Assembly: GCA_963722655.1 (NCBI GenBank)
Contig: CAVRNT010000002.1
Span: 206,287 to 270,286 of the forward strand
DNA: 64,000 nucleotides
Source of the DNA: an uncultured bacterium
GTDB taxonomy: Bacteria; Patescibacteriota; Minisyncoccia; UBA6257; GWB1-50-10
Direction of reading: 5' to 3'
Program-made: the position numbers and the translations under genes
Notes under the pieces: model-generated
The model's input: only the letters and a program-made list of their open reading frames with translations
Database searches by the model: none
What the model was told of the DNA's origin: nothing
In this document: positions 12,701-21,289 of the stretch, piece by piece
How positions within the stretch are numbered: the stretch's first letter is position 1
How the letters are laid out: each line of letters opens with the position of its first letter

Positions 12701-12733
12701 TCACCACGAGGTAGGCCTTTTTAAAGCCCGCGC

Positions 12734-13471
12734 TTATGGCGTCCGCCGTGGTATGTTCTCATCATTTCCATTCGTAATGCCAATTGTATCAGAAACCTTG
12801 ATGCCGTCAATAGACACCTTGGCCTTATCCACACCCCCGAGGAGAGGTACGAAACTGAAGCCGAAATAGCGCCTTTCTTCGAATTCCGTCTGGTTTTTCT
12901 TGTCCAAGACGACGATATTCTCTCCGACCGGCGCGACGAGGCGGCCACCGATCTTGAGCTGGGTCTTCCAGACCGGCGGAATGGATTCGGCCGCCGCCGC
13001 GGCGATGATCTTGTCGAAGGGTGCCTCGGTCGAGTGGCCAAGCTTGCCGTCCTTCACAATGACCGCTGCGGCGCCACTTTCAAGAAACCCGTAACGCGCG
13101 ATGTTCTCCTCGGCGATGCTCGCGACGGATACAATCCGCTCGAGGGCGAAGACCTTCCCCGCCGCGCCGCCGTCCGTCACAATGCGCGCGAGGAGTGCCG
13201 TCTGCCAGCCGGAGCCGGCGCCGACATCCAATACTTTTTCTCCCGGCTTCGGGGCCAAAAGCTCTAGCATAAAGGCAACCGTGAGCGGCTGGGAGATTGT
13301 TTGGCCGAAACCGATCGGGAGGGGGTGGTTGGCGTACGCTTGGTCCAAAAGCTCCGCCGGGACGAAATCTTTCCGGTCGATGGTGCGGAAGGCGTCGATC
13401 AAAAGCGGCGTCTTCAAATAGCCGTCCTCGATGAGGAGTGCGATGAGCCCTTCTTTGGTCTTCGGTTGCAT
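12734..13471 (-). CDS. pcm: Protein-L-isoaspartate O-methyltransferase
   Basis: ISQPLTVAFMLELLAPKPGEKVLDVGAGSGWQTALLARIV is the PIMT SAM-binding signature. Start set at the internal MQPKTKEG because the longer ORF would overlap tRNA-Trp on the same strand. Confidence 0.85.
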   Translation of the reverse strand: MQPKTKEGLIALLIEDGYLKTPLLIDAFRTIDRKDFVPAELLDQAYANHPLPIGFGQTISQPLTVAFMLELLAPKPGEKVLDVGAGSGWQTALLARIVTDGGAAGKVFALERIVSVASIAEENIARYGFLESGAAAVIVKDGKLGHSTEAPFDKIIAAAAAESIPPVWKTQLKIGGRLVAPVGENIVVLDKKNQTEFEERRYFGFSFVPLLGGVDKAKVSIDGIKVSDTIGITNGNDENIPRRTP

Positions 13472-13545
13472 TGGCGGGGGCAGTAGGAATCGAACCCACA
13501 TTAGCGGTTTTGGAGACCGCGATTCTACCATTGAAATATGCCCCC
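13472..13545 (-). tRNA. tRNA-Trp (anticodon CCA), CCA end encoded
   Basis: Reverse complement GGGGGCATATTTCAATGGTAGAATCGCGGTCTCCAAAACCGCTAATGTGGGTTCGATTCCTACTGCCCCCGCCA folds by hand into a cloverleaf: acceptor GGGGGCA/TGCCCCC, anticodon stem GCGGT/ACCGC, loop CUCCAAA, T-loop TTCGATT. Confidence 0.85.
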
Positions 13546-13608
13546 TACGTGAAAAGTATAAAACAAGGCGTCCGGAAAACAAAAGAGCCGCGAGAAGCGG
13601 CTCTTAAC

Positions 13609-13779
13609 CTACTTCTTGGATTCTTTGTGGAGCGTGCTCTTTTTGCACCACTTGCAGTACTTTTTGTATTCGATCTTCCGTTCCACGACCTTCTTGTTCT
13701 TGCGGGTCGTGTAGTTCACGTGCTTGCAGACGCTGCAGCGCAGGCGAATCAATTGCTCGGTGAATTTACCTTGAGCCAT
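13609..13779 (-). CDS. rpmG: 50S ribosomal protein L33 (56 aa; below the ORF-track size cutoff)
   Basis: Manual translation of the reverse strand gives MAQGKFTEQLIRLRCSVCKHVNYTTRKNKKVVERKIEYKKYCKWCKKSTLHKESKK*, an L33 with a Cys4 zinc ribbon. Confidence 0.85.
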   Translation of the reverse strand: MAQGKFTEQLIRLRCSVCKHVNYTTRKNKKVVERKIEYKKYCKWCKKSTLHKESKK

Positions 13780-13840
13780 GTTTTATGCTTCTTTGGTACC
13801 GCGTGAATATAACACGAACGCGGCGCGGAATGCAAATTTG

Positions 13841-13912
13841 AGCCGAAGGTGGGAATTGAACCCACGACCTACTCCTTACCATGGAGTTGCTCTACCTCTG
13901 AGCTACTTCGGC
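13841..13912 (-). tRNA. tRNA-Thr (anticodon GGU)
   Basis: Reverse complement GCCGAAGTAGCTCAGAGGTAGAGCAACTCCATGGTAAGGAGTAGGTCGTGGGTTCAATTCCCACCTTCGGCT. Anticodon stem ACTCC/GGAGT with loop AUGGUAA (U33, A37). Confidence 0.8.
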
Positions 13913-13913
13913 G

Positions 13914-13985
13914 AGCCACCTCTCGGATTTGAACCGAGGACCTTCACTTTACAAAAGTGCCGCTCTACCGCTGAGCTAAGGTGGC
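13914..13985 (-). tRNA. tRNA-Thr (anticodon UGU)
   Basis: Reverse complement GCCACCTTAGCTCAGCGGTAGAGCGGCACTTTTGTAAAGTGAAGGTCCTCGGTTCAAATCCGAGAGGTGGCT. A 7-nt loop UUUGUAA gives anticodon UGU. It is class I length, so not Tyr. Confidence 0.65.
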
Positions 13986-14036
13986 CTGGCTCAGTAGCCA
14001 GTATAAAGTACCACGCGTTCGGCATCAATGCCAAAC

Positions 14037-15122
14037 CTAATAGGCGTTATAGAGGTCCTGGATCTCCTGGGCGGAAAGGGCGCGGTTGTAGATACGAAAG
14101 TCATCCAGGTAACCGCTGAAGTAATAGGTTCCACCGTTCGGCCAATAGCCGATCCGAGCGCTTGCGGTCGCTGCTTTACTGCACGGTGTCCCAGATTGCG
14201 ACAACGTCTGCTGAACGCCGTTAATGTAAAGCTGGGATGATGTAGCGTTGTTATTGACGAAAATCGCGGCCACGAAGACCCATTTATTGGCGTACTGAGC
14301 GGATGTAAACGGCATTTGCCAGAGATCGCTGCAGCTAGTATTGAAACCGAAATTGGATCCGGTCATCTCCAAGTCATAGGGCGAGGAAAAACCGAAAGGC
14401 ATCCGACCGCCGGTCGCGCCGTTCCAATCCATCCAAAAAGTGACGGTGTTCTGACCGCCGCTCGCGGTATTGACCAACAAATTCGAGAGCTGGACGTAGG
14501 CTGAGGCACCGTTGAAATTTAAACAGTTTCCGACCTTGCAGGTCGGTTGCCAGCTCGTGCTCGTCGCGATGCCGTTATTGCCGTAACCGGAAGCATCGTA
14601 GGCCGTCGAGCTTACTCCTTCGTCCATCGGCCAGTAACCGACGAGGCCGGTCTCGAAGCGCGCCGTGATCGCCCCGAGAGCGCTCACGATGATGTTCTCG
14701 GACATCCCGTTCGCTTGGCCGGGGATCAGATTAACGGTCGCATCGTTCGGAAGCGTGCCGGTCAAGGGATTGAAAACGACGTCCTCCGAAGAGGTCGCCG
14801 GGTTCCCGAAACTCAAACCGTATCCCAAGCTGTAAGCGTTGCCCGGGGTGCCGGAGGCGAAAGACGATGCGCCACTGAACTGCTGATATATGTCGCTCGA
14901 GGTGCCGTTCAAGAAATGCACTCCCCACTCCGCCCCGCCCAGTTGGGAGATGGAGTTCTGGCGGGCGTTCTGAAGCACGGTAGTTATTTTGCTCGCCTCG
15001 TCCTTAAGATGGTTCTCGCTCCGGTAGCCGGAGATGCTCACGAAACCGACCGTGGCGAGGACCGCCGCGAGGGCGATTGTGACGAGCAGTTCGATGAGCG
15101 TGAATCCCCGATTCCCCTTCAT
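14037..15122 (-). CDS. Pseudopilin/minor pilin with prepilin-type N-terminus and a LamG (concanavalin-like lectin) domain
   Basis: MKGNRGFTLIELLVTIALAAVLA is a prepilin cleavage/methylation motif. GLVGYWPMDEGVSSTAYDASGYGNNG...LNFNGASAYVQL...DDFRIYNRALSAQEI is LamG-like. Confidence 0.75.
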   Translation of the reverse strand: MKGNRGFTLIELLVTIALAAVLATVGFVSISGYRSENHLKDEASKITTVLQNARQNSISQLGGAEWGVHFLNGTSSDIYQQFSGASSFASGTPGNAYSLGYGLSFGNPATSSEDVVFNPLTGTLPNDATVNLIPGQANGMSENIIVSALGAITARFETGLVGYWPMDEGVSSTAYDASGYGNNGIATSTSWQPTCKVGNCLNFNGASAYVQLSNLLVNTASGGQNTVTFWMDWNGATGGRMPFGFSSPYDLEMTGSNFGFNTSCSDLWQMPFTSAQYANKWVFVAAIFVNNNATSSQLYINGVQQTLSQSGTPCSKAATASARIGYWPNGGTYYFSGYLDDFRIYNRALSAQEIQDLYNAY

Positions 15123-16327
15123 TAGAACTGGGTTGTAAGCTGGTATATCGGAACGATAATCGAGAGCGCGATGAGTCCCACGATGACCCCGATGCCCAAA
15201 AGCATCACCGGTTCCAAGAAAGAGACGAGGTTCTTCAAGGAGTTATCTATCTCCCCGGCGTAGAAACTGGCCAGAGTGTCCAGGACGTCATCGATGTGGC
15301 CGGCCTTCTCCGAGATCGCCATCAGGTTCACGACCGTCTTCGGGAAGAACGGTTCGCGCCGGAAGGCGTCGCCGACGGTGAGACCTTTCGCCAGACCCTC
15401 CTTGGATATCCGAATGAGCGCCTCTTTGAGCTCGATGTTGCCGACCGCCTGGGCGGTGATCTCGAGCGCGTCCGTGAGGGGAATGCCGGCGCGAATCAAT
15501 GACGAAAGGGTCGCGGCGAAACGCTGGATGGCGATCTTTTTCACGATCGTCTTCACGATCGGCACAGAGCCGAAGAGACCGGAGACCGTCCTTTTGAAGA
15601 CGATCGAAGTCTTATAGAGGAAGGTGGCGACAATGAGGGTTGCGACGAGAACGATCAGGATGGTGAAACCGTAATTGCCGAAAAAGAGGCCGACCGCGAA
15701 GACGATCCGCGAGAAGAGCGGCGGCTGAAAACCGGCCTCGGAAAAGACGTTCGCGATCTTCGGCAAGGCGAAGAGGACGAGGAAGATGAGAATGAGGACC
15801 GAAGCGCTCAAGAGCAATATCGGGTAGATCAAAGCGCTCCTCACCTGGTCCTTGATCTCCTTCTCCCGAGTGAGCGAACGCGTCAGATTGTCGAAGACCG
15901 TGTCCAAATTGCCGGAGGTCTCGCCGGCCCGGATGAGATTGATGTAGACCTGGCTGAAAACCTTGGGGTATTTAGAAAAGGTCGAATAGAACGGCTGGCC
16001 GCGCTCGAGATTGGCCCGGACCTCCATCAGGAAGGTGCGCACCGCTTGCTTATCGAAATCGTCGATGAGGATGTTAATGGCCTGGAGAAGACCGGTGCCG
16101 ATCTTGAGCATCAAAGCTAGGTATTTGGAGATGAAGACCTGGTCGGTCAGATTAATCTTTCCGCGGAAGAGCTGCCGGGCACCGAGCGCGTTCTCGACCG
16201 GCTTAATGCTGATGGGCTTCAAGCCGCGGGTCACGAGGAACTGCAGGACTTCGGCGACGTCCTTCGCCTCCATTTGGCTTTCGAGCACACGCCCGTCCGG
16301 CTGGGATGCGATGTAACGGAATTGCAT
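15122..16327 (-). CDS. pilC: Type IV pilus assembly platform protein PilC (GspF family)
   Basis: 401 aa with two GspF-type repeats (GETSGNLD, AGIPL..AL) and three transmembrane segments. Confidence 0.85.
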   Translation of the reverse strand: MQFRYIASQPDGRVLESQMEAKDVAEVLQFLVTRGLKPISIKPVENALGARQLFRGKINLTDQVFISKYLALMLKIGTGLLQAINILIDDFDKQAVRTFLMEVRANLERGQPFYSTFSKYPKVFSQVYINLIRAGETSGNLDTVFDNLTRSLTREKEIKDQVRSALIYPILLLSASVLILIFLVLFALPKIANVFSEAGFQPPLFSRIVFAVGLFFGNYGFTILIVLVATLIVATFLYKTSIVFKRTVSGLFGSVPIVKTIVKKIAIQRFAATLSSLIRAGIPLTDALEITAQAVGNIELKEALIRISKEGLAKGLTVGDAFRREPFFPKTVVNLMAISEKAGHIDDVLDTLASFYAGEIDNSLKNLVSFLEPVMLLGIGVIVGLIALSIIVPIYQLTTQF

Positions 16328-16347
16328 GTCTTTTATAGTATAACCGA

Positions 16348-18063
16348 TTATTCCTTGATCACCCGGAAGATCTCCTCGATGGTCGTGAGACCCAATTCCA
16401 CCTTGTGCAGGCCGTCTTCGAGCATCGTCACCATCCCCTCGTTCCGGGCGAGCTTGTTCAAGTTGTCCAAGCTGAAATCGGGACTGATGATTAGCTTCCG
16501 GACCCCTTCGGTGATGTTCAAAACCTCGAAGATGCCGGTACGACCATAGTAGCCGGTGTGACCGCAGGCCTCGCAGCCCTTGCCACGGTAAAAGGTGTGC
16601 GGGATCTTGAGCCGGTCTTTGTCGACGTTCATGGCCTCCAGCTCTTTGTCCAAGCTGGCGATCAAATTCTTGTCTGGAACGTACGACTCGATGCAGGCGA
16701 GATGGATCCGACGCGCCAGCCGCTGGGAGGAGACCGCATTCAAGACCGCGGCGACGAGAAAGGGCGGGATGCCCATATCCATAAGGCGCGGCACGGCCGT
16801 CGCGGCGTCGTTCGTGTGGAGCGATGAGAGGACTAGGTGCCCCGTGAGGGCCGATTGCACCGAAATGTTGGCGGTTTCCGCGTCGCGAATCTCGCCGACC
16901 ATGATGATATTCGGGTCTTGGCGCAGGATGGACCGGAGTCCATCGACAAAGGTGATGCCGGCAGCGTTATTGACCTGCATCTGGTTCACATAGCGCATGT
17001 CGTACTCGATTGGGTCTTCGATGGTCACGATGTTCACTTCGGGCCGGTTCAGGACATTCATTATGGAATAGAGCGTCGTCGTTTTCCCGGCGCCGGTGGG
17101 ACCGCAGACCAGGACCATGCCGTAGGACTTCGCGGCCGCCTCGGATATCAATTTCACGGTGTCATCGTTCATGCCGAGCTCGGCGAAGGAGAGTGGCTTT
17201 TGGGCGGCTGAGAGGAGTCTCATCTCCACCTTTTCGCCGTAGAAGGTCGGAATGATGGAAACGCGGACATCGACGATGCTCCCGCTCACGTTGTAGCGGA
17301 AGCGACCGTCCTGGGAATGGGTGTGCTCGTCCACCCGCAGGCTCGAAAGGATCTTGATGCGGGCAACGACGGCCGGGTGGATCTCCTTCGGCACCCGTAC
17401 GATCTCGTGAAGAATACCATCAACCCGGTAGCGCACGAGCACTACGTCGTCCAGAACCTCGAAATGGATGTCCGACGCCCGCGAGGCGATGGCGTAGGAC
17501 ATCAGATTGTCCACGATGGCGACGATGGGAAGGTCGGACGCCGCCTCCTTCAGGTTCCCTTTCGCCTTCGTTCGCAGGGACTGCTGAATGCTGTCCTCGA
17601 TGATCTTTTTGAAATCTTGGGCGAGCTCGCGCTGATAGAGCAAAAAACCGCGGTTCAGGTCGTCTTCCGTCGCGAGGAAGGGCATGACGGGCCCGCCCAA
17701 ACGCAGGGTGAGGAAGTCAATCGTCTCAAGGTCGGTCGGATCTTCCATCGCCACTTCGAAACGTCCCATTTGGTCGCGGCCAAAAACAATGACGTTCCTC
17801 TGGCGGGCGATATCTTCGGAGAGTAAATGGAGGATGTGCTCGTCGATGCCGATCGCGCCTAAGTTCACCCGTTCGACGCCCAAAGCCCGGGAAATTAGCA
17901 GGTAAAAATAGTCGCGATTGACCAAACCCTGGGAGATGATGATCTCGGCCAAGGATTGGCGCTTGTGTTCGGCCTCTTCCTCCAGAGCGTCGAAAGCGGC
18001 GGCGTCTATGGCCCCGGATTTGACCAGAATTTCTTTGAGCTTGGCGGGCGGCAGATTGATCAT
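16348..18063 (-). CDS. pilB: Type IV pilus assembly ATPase PilB (GspE family)
   Basis: Walker A VLVCGPTGAGKTTTLYS, Asp/His boxes, and the tetracysteine motif CEACGHTGYYGRTGIFE. Confidence 0.9.
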   Translation of the reverse strand: MINLPPAKLKEILVKSGAIDAAAFDALEEEAEHKRQSLAEIIISQGLVNRDYFYLLISRALGVERVNLGAIGIDEHILHLLSEDIARQRNVIVFGRDQMGRFEVAMEDPTDLETIDFLTLRLGGPVMPFLATEDDLNRGFLLYQRELAQDFKKIIEDSIQQSLRTKAKGNLKEAASDLPIVAIVDNLMSYAIASRASDIHFEVLDDVVLVRYRVDGILHEIVRVPKEIHPAVVARIKILSSLRVDEHTHSQDGRFRYNVSGSIVDVRVSIIPTFYGEKVEMRLLSAAQKPLSFAELGMNDDTVKLISEAAAKSYGMVLVCGPTGAGKTTTLYSIMNVLNRPEVNIVTIEDPIEYDMRYVNQMQVNNAAGITFVDGLRSILRQDPNIIMVGEIRDAETANISVQSALTGHLVLSSLHTNDAATAVPRLMDMGIPPFLVAAVLNAVSSQRLARRIHLACIESYVPDKNLIASLDKELEAMNVDKDRLKIPHTFYRGKGCEACGHTGYYGRTGIFEVLNITEGVRKLIISPDFSLDNLNKLARNEGMVTMLEDGLHKVELGLTTIEEIFRVIKE

Positions 18064-18135
18064 TACCTCATTATTATAACGTAAAACCGGAGAAAAAGAC
18101 GCCCGTTGGGGGGCGCCAAGCGCATCAATTTAAAA

Positions 18136-18729
18136 TCAGAGCGCAACGCTCAAATAGCTGCCGGTTTCGTAAATACCCGTGTAAATTCCGCCGGTCTTGG
18201 TGATGACGTCCGAGCTACCACCGGTGTAGAACTTGGCGCTTTCCATCAGGGCCTCCAGCTTGTAAACACCGACGGTTGTGGACGCGTAGAATGCGTACTG
18301 GCAAACGGTGGACGAAGTAGGAACGTTCTTGCAGGTCCCGGATAGGTTCGGATCGATCGGCTCTCGAGAGAGCGGCGAACCGGAAGCGATCTTGGTGAAA
18401 TCGAGCGGCACCCAGCCGCCACCGCTCACAGCAGTGGAAGTCGCGGCCACACAGGCGGTGCCGCCGGGCGCTGTCGTCCCGCCCTGGCATTTTCTTGTTT
18501 CCGACGACGGCCACCCGCCAGTCCCAGAGGTGCTCAACACGTCCGCCGTCCAAAGGGCGATGGCGCTGTTTAGGGTCGCCAGATCGGAAATGCGGGTCGT
18601 ATCCCGGCCTTCCTTGATGAGCTCGGCCGGGTTCAGGACCAGGACGACCGCGACGGCGAGAACCGCGAGAATTGCTATCACCACCAGCAATTCAATCAAG
18701 GTAAAACCTCTGGTATTTCTTCCCCTCAT
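18136..18729 (-). CDS. Type IV pilin (PilA-like), paralogue 1
   Basis: N-terminus GFTLIELLVVIAILAVLAVAVVLVLNPAELIKEGRDTTRISDLATLNSAIALW. The C-terminal domain has paired Cys. Confidence 0.8.
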   Translation of the reverse strand: MRGRNTRGFTLIELLVVIAILAVLAVAVVLVLNPAELIKEGRDTTRISDLATLNSAIALWTADVLSTSGTGGWPSSETRKCQGGTTAPGGTACVAATSTAVSGGGWVPLDFTKIASGSPLSREPIDPNLSGTCKNVPTSSTVCQYAFYASTTVGVYKLEALMESAKFYTGGSSDVITKTGGIYTGIYETGSYLSVAL

Positions 18730-18810
18730 TAATTTTTATTATAGCAAACAACTTTTTTAAAAAAACCGCCTATATTTTTATAGGGGGCGTTTTCTCTATT
18801 CCTTACTAAG

Positions 18811-19410
18811 TTAAAGCGCGGAGCCCAAGTAACTGCCGGTCTCGTAAACGCCGCTCCAGTTGCCGCCGTCGTTATCGGTCACGTGACTGCTGCCACCGGT
18901 GTAGAACTTGGCGCTTTCCATTAGGGTCTCGAGTTTGTACGAGCCGACGGTGGATGAGGCGTAAAAGGCGTACTGGCAAGTCGTAGATGCGGTGCCGGTG
19001 CCCTGCTTGCACGTTGTTGCTCCGAGATTCGGATCAATCGGCTCTCTTGCAAGAGGCGCTCCAGAAGCGATGAGACCAAAATTGAGCGGAACCCAACCAG
19101 CGCCGGTCACGACCGTAGAACTCGTCACGTAACAACTGCCAACTCCGCCAGGCGAAGTCGTTGCAGCTTGGCAAGTACTAGTAGCACTCCAATTGCCGGT
19201 CGTACTCAAAACATCTGCCGTCCAGAGGGCAATGGCGGAATTCACCGCGGCCAGATCGGAAATGCGGGTCGTATCCCGGCCTTCCTTGATGAGCTCGGCC
19301 GGGTTCAGGACCAGGACGACCGCGACGGCGAGAACCGCGAGAATTGCTATCACCACCAGCAATTCAATCAAGGTAAAACCTCTGACTTTTCTTTCTCCCA
19401 TTGATTTCAA
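18811..19410 (-). CDS. Type IV pilin (PilA-like), paralogue 2
   Basis: Same N-terminal 45 aa as paralogue 1. The 5' ~135 nt is identical at the nucleotide level to paralogue 1 and the C-terminus is divergent. Confidence 0.8.
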   Translation of the reverse strand: MKSMGERKVRGFTLIELLVVIAILAVLAVAVVLVLNPAELIKEGRDTTRISDLAAVNSAIALWTADVLSTTGNWSATSTCQAATTSPGGVGSCYVTSSTVVTGAGWVPLNFGLIASGAPLAREPIDPNLGATTCKQGTGTASTTCQYAFYASSTVGSYKLETLMESAKFYTGGSSHVTDNDGGNWSGVYETGSYLGSAL

Positions 19411-19464
19411 TTATAACAAAAAGGTCATCTAGATACCATCCCCGCCATCAAATATTCACTTTAT

Positions 19465-20103
19465 TTAATCGGCGACTGACACGTTGCTGCCGGTTTCATA
19501 GACAGTAGCGTAGATCCCCCCGTCCTTGCTGTTCGAGACAACATCTGAACTGCCGCCTGCATAAAATTTAGCGCTTTCCATCATCGCCTCAAGTTTGTAA
19601 ACCCCTACCGTGGACGAAGCATAAAAGAGATATTGGCACGTATTCGAGGGTTTGCAGGTGCCGCCGTTATTCGGGTCAATCGGCTCGCGAGAAAGGGGGG
19701 CGCCGGAGGCGATCGCCGTGAAGTCAATTGGAAGCCAGCCACTACCAGCTACGGTTGTGGTCGTAGTAGCGGTGCAAGAAGCAGGAGAACCACCGCCACC
19801 GTTGGGCGTTGTTGACGATGTCGTAAAACATAGACCGCCGCTACCAGGCCATTTCGAACCTGCGTTGCCTGTTACGGTGCCAACCACCGTCGGATTCAAC
19901 ACGTCCGCCGTCCAAAGGGCGATGGCGCTGTTTAGGGTCGCCAGATCGGAAATGCGGGTCGTATCCCGGCCTTCCTTGATGAGCTCGGCCGGGTTCAGGA
20001 CCAGGACGACCGCGACGGCGAGAACCGCGAGAATCGCGATTACGACCAAAAGCTCAATGAGGGTGAAGCCTCTTACTTTCCCATTGCTGCTAAATTTTCC
20101 CAT
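19465..20103 (-). CDS. Type IV pilin (PilA-like), paralogue 3
   Basis: Same prepilin N-terminus. About 105 nt at the 5' end is nucleotide-identical to paralogues 1 and 2, followed by a divergent C-terminal globular domain. Confidence 0.8.
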   Translation of the reverse strand: MGKFSSNGKVRGFTLIELLVVIAILAVLAVAVVLVLNPAELIKEGRDTTRISDLATLNSAIALWTADVLNPTVVGTVTGNAGSKWPGSGGLCFTTSSTTPNGGGGSPASCTATTTTTVAGSGWLPIDFTAIASGAPLSREPIDPNNGGTCKPSNTCQYLFYASSTVGVYKLEAMMESAKFYAGGSSDVVSNSKDGGIYATVYETGSNVSVAD

Positions 20104-20135
20104 TTACTTTGCTTTTTATTGTAGCATGTCGACCC

Positions 20136-20732
20136 TTAATAAGAGACGAAAATAAGATTGCTACCAATCTCGTATGTGGTATTGCTGACGCCACTGTCCT
20201 TACTTGTCACGTCGGATGTGCCGCCGTTGCTGAATTTGTTGCTTTCCATCAGCGTTTCCAATTTATACGTGCCGGCCGTACTCGATGCGACAAAAGCGTA
20301 CGCACAAAGGTCCGTCACGCCGATACTGCCGCGACAGCCAGACACGCCGTTGTTCGGGTCAATCGGTTCCTTGGTGAGCGGCGAGCCGCTGGATATCTTG
20401 GTGAAATCTATCGGAATCCAGCCCAAGCCGGTCACGACGGTGGTCGAGGACTGGTCAACGCAGCTTGGCCAACCGGCCCAACCGACCGCGGGAATGACCG
20501 CCGCCGTGCAGTAAGTCACTTGAGTCGGCCAGAGCGCCGGATTAGTGCTCAAGACGTCCGTGTAGTAGAGCGAAAGGGCGCTGTTCAGGGTCGCCATATC
20601 GGAAAGGCGAGTGGAGTCGCGGCCCTGTTTCAAGAGTTCGGCCGGGTTCAAAACCAAGACGACCGCGACGGCCAGAACCGCGATGATGGCGACGACCACT
20701 AAAAGCTCTATGAGGGTGAAACCTCTCTTCAT
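20136..20732 (-). CDS. Type IV pilin (PilA-like), paralogue 4 (more divergent)
   Basis: N-terminus MKRGFTLIELLVVVAIIAVLAVAVVLVLNPAELLKQGRDSTRLSDMATLNSALSLYYTDV. Confidence 0.8.
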   Translation of the reverse strand: MKRGFTLIELLVVVAIIAVLAVAVVLVLNPAELLKQGRDSTRLSDMATLNSALSLYYTDVLSTNPALWPTQVTYCTAAVIPAVGWAGWPSCVDQSSTTVVTGLGWIPIDFTKISSGSPLTKEPIDPNNGVSGCRGSIGVTDLCAYAFVASSTAGTYKLETLMESNKFSNGGTSDVTSKDSGVSNTTYEIGSNLIFVSY

Positions 20733-20777
20733 TCCTGGAATCTATATTCTCGGTTCATTATATCACACCCGCTCCGA

Positions 20778-21161
20778 TCAGCCGTTCAAAAACTCCTTGA
20801 TCTTGCCGACCAGGTCCTCGACCGAAAGTTGGGCCTTGATGAAATAACCGACCGCCCCCAATGTTTGCCCCTTCAAAACGTCCGACTCCTGGCCCAAATT
20901 GGAGATGATGACGACCGGTGGCTGGGCCATCGTCGGGTCGCTCTTCATTATTTCCATAATCTCGAAACCAGAGAGTTTGGGTAGGATGATGTCCAAAAGC
21001 ACCAGGTCGGGTTTGGTGGCTTTGAGGGCTTTGACCGCTTCCGCTCCGTCGCGGACAAGGTCGACGGCGTAGCTCTCCTTTTCTAGGCGCTGCTTGAGGA
21101 CGTTTGCCAGCATCGGCTCGTCCTCGACGAGGAGTATTTGTTTGGCCTGCGCTTCCGGCAT
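20778..21161 (-). CDS. Single-domain response regulator (CheY/PilH-like receiver)
   Basis: ILLVEDEPMLANVL...DLVLLDIILPKLSGFEIM...VVIISN are receiver-domain Asp-pocket motifs. 127 aa with no output domain. Confidence 0.8.
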   Translation of the reverse strand: MPEAQAKQILLVEDEPMLANVLKQRLEKESYAVDLVRDGAEAVKALKATKPDLVLLDIILPKLSGFEIMEIMKSDPTMAQPPVVIISNLGQESDVLKGQTLGAVGYFIKAQLSVEDLVGKIKEFLNG

Positions 21162-21289
21162 ACCAGTTTATTATAACAGAAAAGAGGGTTAAAGACTTTT
21201 TTAGTTGCCCCAGCCGAGACTTAAGGTTTATCGGCCAACACCTTGCTTGCTCTCCGAAGCTTGACGCCAAAAGAGAGTGTATCGAATAA

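Noticed and set aside
12734-13582. Longer 282-aa pcm ORF starting at 13582
   Set aside because: The N-terminal 37 codons would overlap tRNA-Trp on the same strand. The internal Met at 13471 gives a canonical-length PIMT.
13914-13985. Assignment of the second tandem tRNA as tRNA-Tyr (GUA)
   Set aside because: Reading GUA needs a shifted 5-nt or misaligned anticodon loop. The tRNA is class I length (72 nt, 5-nt variable loop), whereas bacterial tRNA-Tyr is class II. The 7-nt loop UUUGUAA with U33/A37 gives UGU (Thr).
18136-20732. Tandem identical ~135-nt segments as a possible CRISPR-like or other repeat array
   Set aside because: The repeats are the 5' coding ends of pilin paralogues, spaced ~650 nt apart inside ORFs. 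They are not short direct repeats with unique spacers, and no cas genes are nearby.
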